From positions 21,491,309-21,555,308 of the forward strand of contig NC_092379.1 in assembly GCF_030028105.1 (NCBI RefSeq): a DNA stretch of 64,000 bases, written 5' to 3'. The position numbers were made by a program, and so were the translations under genes. Below the pieces are notes generated by a model. It worked only from the letters and a program-made list of their open reading frames with translations. It was not told the origin of the DNA and did not search any database. This stretch comes from Mobula birostris. Lineage: Eukaryota. Below are positions 60,046 to 64,000 of the stretch, piece by piece (positions within the stretch are counted from its first letter, which is position 1; the number at the start of each line of letters is the position of its first letter).

Positions 60046-61895
60046 TTTTCCAATATTTTTATTAAATTTCATATACATAAATACAGAATTCATAAGGATA
60101 CTTATTATAAATCAGTATAAGGTAGCACATAATGCACTATATATAAATCACACTGATACCATCCTGGTTTCCCATATTCATGATCAATCAAATTAAATAA
60201 ATTGAATTATGAAATACAATAATATAGTTAATTATGTTATAAAAAGATCTACAACCCCTACCAAGACAAAGCTGGGTGGTTAAAAAAAAACAAAAAAATA
60301 GAGTACGATATAGTGTTTTATAATAGTAGACCAGATCTATATTTTAATAACAATAACAATTCAAAGATTTTCAAAATAGTTCAGAAAGGGTCCCCATAAC
60401 GTTTGAAAATCTTGATTAGAATCAGAAATCAAACAACGAATCTTCTGTAAATTTAAACATGACATAATATCGCATTACCATTGAGCATGTGTGGGGGGGA
60501 GCAACCTCCTTCCATTTAAGCAAGATCGCCCTCCTAACCATATGAGAAATAAAAGCCAGTACCCTCAAATGAGAAGGCTCCAAAATTATAGTCTTTCTTC
60601 AACGATACCAAATAAGGCAGTCAAAGGATTGGGTTTAAAATTAACTTTAAAAAGTACAGAAAAAGTTTGGAATACATCTTTCCAACATTTTTCAAGGCTT
60701 GAATATGACAAAAACATCTGAATTAATAAAGCTTCTCCATTATTACATCTGTCACGTAAAGGAGATATATCTGCAAAAAAACGAGAGAGCTTGTCTTTAG
60801 ACATATGAGCCCTCAGTACCACTTTAAATTGTGGGAGGGAATGATGAGCACGTAATGATGAAGAGTTAACTATTTTGAAAACAGCCCTCCAGATCTCATC
60901 AGATAATGAAGTCTGTAAATCCTTTTTCCAATCTTTCTTTAATTTTGTCTAAAGGAGCCATTCTCAGTCCCAACAACAGACCATAAATATAAGATATTGA
61001 GCCAGTATCAAAAGGTTTCAAGTTAAAAATTACGTCTATTATGTTCTTTTCCGGGCTGGTGGGAAATGTATGTAGTTTAGATCTTAAAAAATCTCTAATC
61101 TGTAGATATTGAAAAAAGTGGGTATTTGATGTTATATTTCACTGAGAGCTGCTCAAAAGAAGAAAAATACCCTCCAACAAACAGATCCTGAAATCGTTTA
61201 ATGCCTAATCTATCCCATTCTCTAAAATACAGATCGGTTGTAGATGGTTAAAAAAAATTAGAAAAAAATAGGACTAGAAAGATAAAATCTCAATAAACTT
61301 AAATGTTTTTTAAACTGTAGCCAGATCCTCAAAGTGTGTTTAACCACCAAACTGTTAGTTAATTTATTTAAAGATAAAGGAAGAGAGTATCGAAGAAGAG
61401 AGATAATAGAAAATTTTGCAACAGAGCTGGCTTCCAAAAAAGACCCATATTGGACAATCCTCACAATCAATATAATATAACCAGAACGTGAGCTTTCGTA
61501 TGTTAATTGCCCAATAATATAACCCAAAATTGGGCAGAGCAAGGCCTCCATTCTTTTTAATTTTTTGAAGGTGCGCTTTATTTAATCGAGGTTTTCTGTT
61601 CTTCCATATATAAGAAGAAAGAATCGAATCTAAAGAATCAAAAAAAGATTTAGGAATAAAAACAGGTGCAACTAGAAAAAGGTATATAAATTTAGGTAAA
61701 ATATTCATTTTAATAGAATTAATTTGACCAATCAATGATAAAGAGAGAGGCAACCAATTAGAAAGTGTCTTTTTCACATAAATCATTGAGGTTAGAAAAT
61801 TTTCTTTGAACAGATCTTTATAATTCTTTGGAATTGTTACACCCAAATATGTAAATTGTTTTCTTACAATTTTAAAAGGAAGGTTAATATTGAAT
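60046..61895 (-). mobile_element. L1-clade LINE, 5'-truncated ORF2 C-terminus + 3'UTR
   Basis: LPLSLSLIGQINSIKMNILPKFIYLF..GGLALPNF..YYWA; AATAAA near 60060; 9-bp TSD gttcattct (60037-60045 / 61896-61904). Confidence 0.85.
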
Positions 61896-63510
61896 GTTCA
61901 TTCTCCTAATCTGACTAAATCCTTATGTAGCCTCTCTACTTCCTCAAAACTACCTGCCCCTTCACCTATCTTCATATCATCTGCTAACTTTGCAACAAAG
62001 CCATCAATTCCGTCATCCAAGTCATCAACATTATATGTTCCATGAAACAGTCCCAACACAGAACCCTGCAGAACACCACTAGTCACCGACAGCCAACCAG
62101 AAAAGGCTCCTCTTCCCACTCTTTGCCTCCTGCCAATCAGCCACTTTATCCATGCTAATATCTTTCCTGAAATACCATGGGCTCGTAACGTTTTAAGCAG
62201 CCTCACATGTGGAACCTTGTCAAAGGCCTTCTGAAAATCCAAGTGCACTTCATCCACTAATTCTCCTCTGTCTTTTCCGCTTTGTATTTCTTTGAAATTC
62301 TAGCAGATTTGTTAGGCAAGATTTTCACTTGAGGAAACCATGCTGACTGTGCCTATTTTATCATGTGCCTCCATGTACTCCAAAACGAATCAACTCCAAC
62401 ATCTTCCCAACCACTGAGGTCAGACCAACTGGCCTATAATTTCCTTTCTTCTGCCTCTCTCCCTTCTTGAAGAGTGGAGTGACATTTACCATTTTCCATG
62501 CTTTCGGAATCATTTCAGAATCTAGTGATTCCTGAAAGATCATCACTGATATCTCCACAATCCCTTCAGCCACCTCTTTCAGAACCCGGGGGTGTACACC
62601 ATCGGTCCAGTTGAATTATTTACATTCAGACCTTTCAGATTCTCAAGAACCTTCTCCCTAGTAATGGCAGCTTCACTCACTTCTGCTCCCGACACTCTCG
62701 AACTTCCACAATACTGCTTGTCTCTTCCATAGTGACGACTGATGCAAAATACTTGTCCAGTTTGTCCACCATTTCCTTGTCCCCATTACTACCTCTCCAG
62801 CATTGTTTTCCAGTGGTCTGATATCCACTCTCACCTCTCTTTTACACTCTATGTATCTGAAGACACTTTTGGTATCCTCTTTAATATTATTGGCTAGCTT
62901 ATTTTCATATTCCATCTTTTGCTTCATTAAGATCTTTTTCGTTTACTTCTCCTGGTTTTTAAAATCTTCCCAATCTAACTTTCCACTGAATTTTGCTTAA
63001 TTATATTAACTTCCTACCATTGATATTGGGTTCACGGTCCATAGTTCCTCGCATTTTTTTTTGCAACCCTTCTTAAATTAAGGCCCAAAATTATCCGAAC
63101 AGACCCCAGAAAACATCTGAAAGGGCGGAGAACTGAATTCCTGCTCCCTGTGCAAGGTCTCAGCAATGTATTAATGTACAATGTGTTAAATTTTTAACCT
63201 CCCCAGCACACGGCATTGGGAATTATCCAGAGATTATCACTGATGGAGTCTTACATCTTAACCTGTTCTCCAACTCCCTATTTTCACTCCACAGCAGCAC
63301 ATCCATTTTTCTGCCTATTGTCATTTGAACCAATGTGTGCAACCACTTCTATCAGCTCACCCTCCCCACTGCGAATGTTCTGCCATCACTCAGAGACATC
63401 CTCATCTGAATTGTACTCTATTTGTAATTCCTCAGTCCACCTACTCAGCTGATCAAGATCCCGCTGTAATTGTTGCTAACCTTTTTCACTGCCCACAATA
63501 CCGTCTATTT
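61896..63510 (-). mobile_element. CR1 mosaic of segmental unit C (inverted)
   Basis: Reverse complement of 50940-52409 joined to 53299-53430, and of 9890-11380. Confidence 0.8.
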
Positions 63511-64000
63511 CAGTGTCACCTGTCATCTAATATTCAGGAATATGGGATCAATTCCTATCAGTGAGATGACTTCTTCATCCAGGTATCAGCAGTCATTTGG
63601 ACCAGGATAAGATTCAAAGGAACAATTCTCAGTCCATCTCCAGGGAAATGCCCCCTAATTCAGTGTTGTGTGAAAATATAATTGGATACGGTTTTGGACA
63701 CACACACACACACATTCAGATAGTGGGGGAGATTCCCAGTGCTAAAACACAGGTTGCAGAGCAGGAAGTAAGGAACGTGGCTTGGATTTGTATATTAGTC
63801 CAGTACATTGGCCGTGGAGGGTCTCTCCCTTTTACTCTGTGATCTCTCCCTTCATTCCCTTCCTTGCATTTTTCTCTCAAACTGACCTTTCTCTCTCTCT
63901 TTCCACCTTCTCAAAGCTCATTTAAGACTTTTCAAACCTCCTATTTTTTGCCGCATTCCTCCCTCCCGCCCCATAGCACACGGGGACAGGAGCTGGCTCT
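63510..64000 (+). promoter_or_regulatory. Putative promoter module, copy C (runs off window end)
   Basis: Reverse-complement paralog of 9435-9890; CAGGAAGTAAGGAAC at 63762-63776. Confidence 0.4.

Overview
Repeat-saturated vertebrate genomic DNA, probably a cartilaginous fish (inferred only from the repeat mix: abundant CR1, Rex1-like LINEs, Penelope elements with hammerhead motifs, Tx1, Nimb, fish-type L1, Gypsy). I found no intact host protein-coding gene, tRNA/rRNA gene or CRISPR array; most of the ORF track is TE-derived or antisense noise. Main structures: (1) one segment present three times (A from ~9.4 kb, + strand; B 50.9-58.2 kb, +; C 58.2-64 kb, -). The unit is a putative Ets-site promoter/first-exon module, a CR1 mosaic and a chromoviral Gypsy. 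B and C form a head-to-head palindrome, and shared or empty insertion sites give the order (A,(B,C)). (2) A full-length Tx1-clade LINE inserted into the RT motif of a CsRN1-like Gypsy that has a tRNA-Trp PBS. (3) Penelope-derived inverted-repeat elements of three sizes carrying minimal hammerhead ribozyme cores. (4) Two non-TE islands (6.9-9.9 kb and 32.8-33.4 kb) with promoter and splice signals of unidentified genes. Most TE boundaries are approximate (tens of bp) unless a TSD or terminus is quoted. Identities are by-eye estimates.
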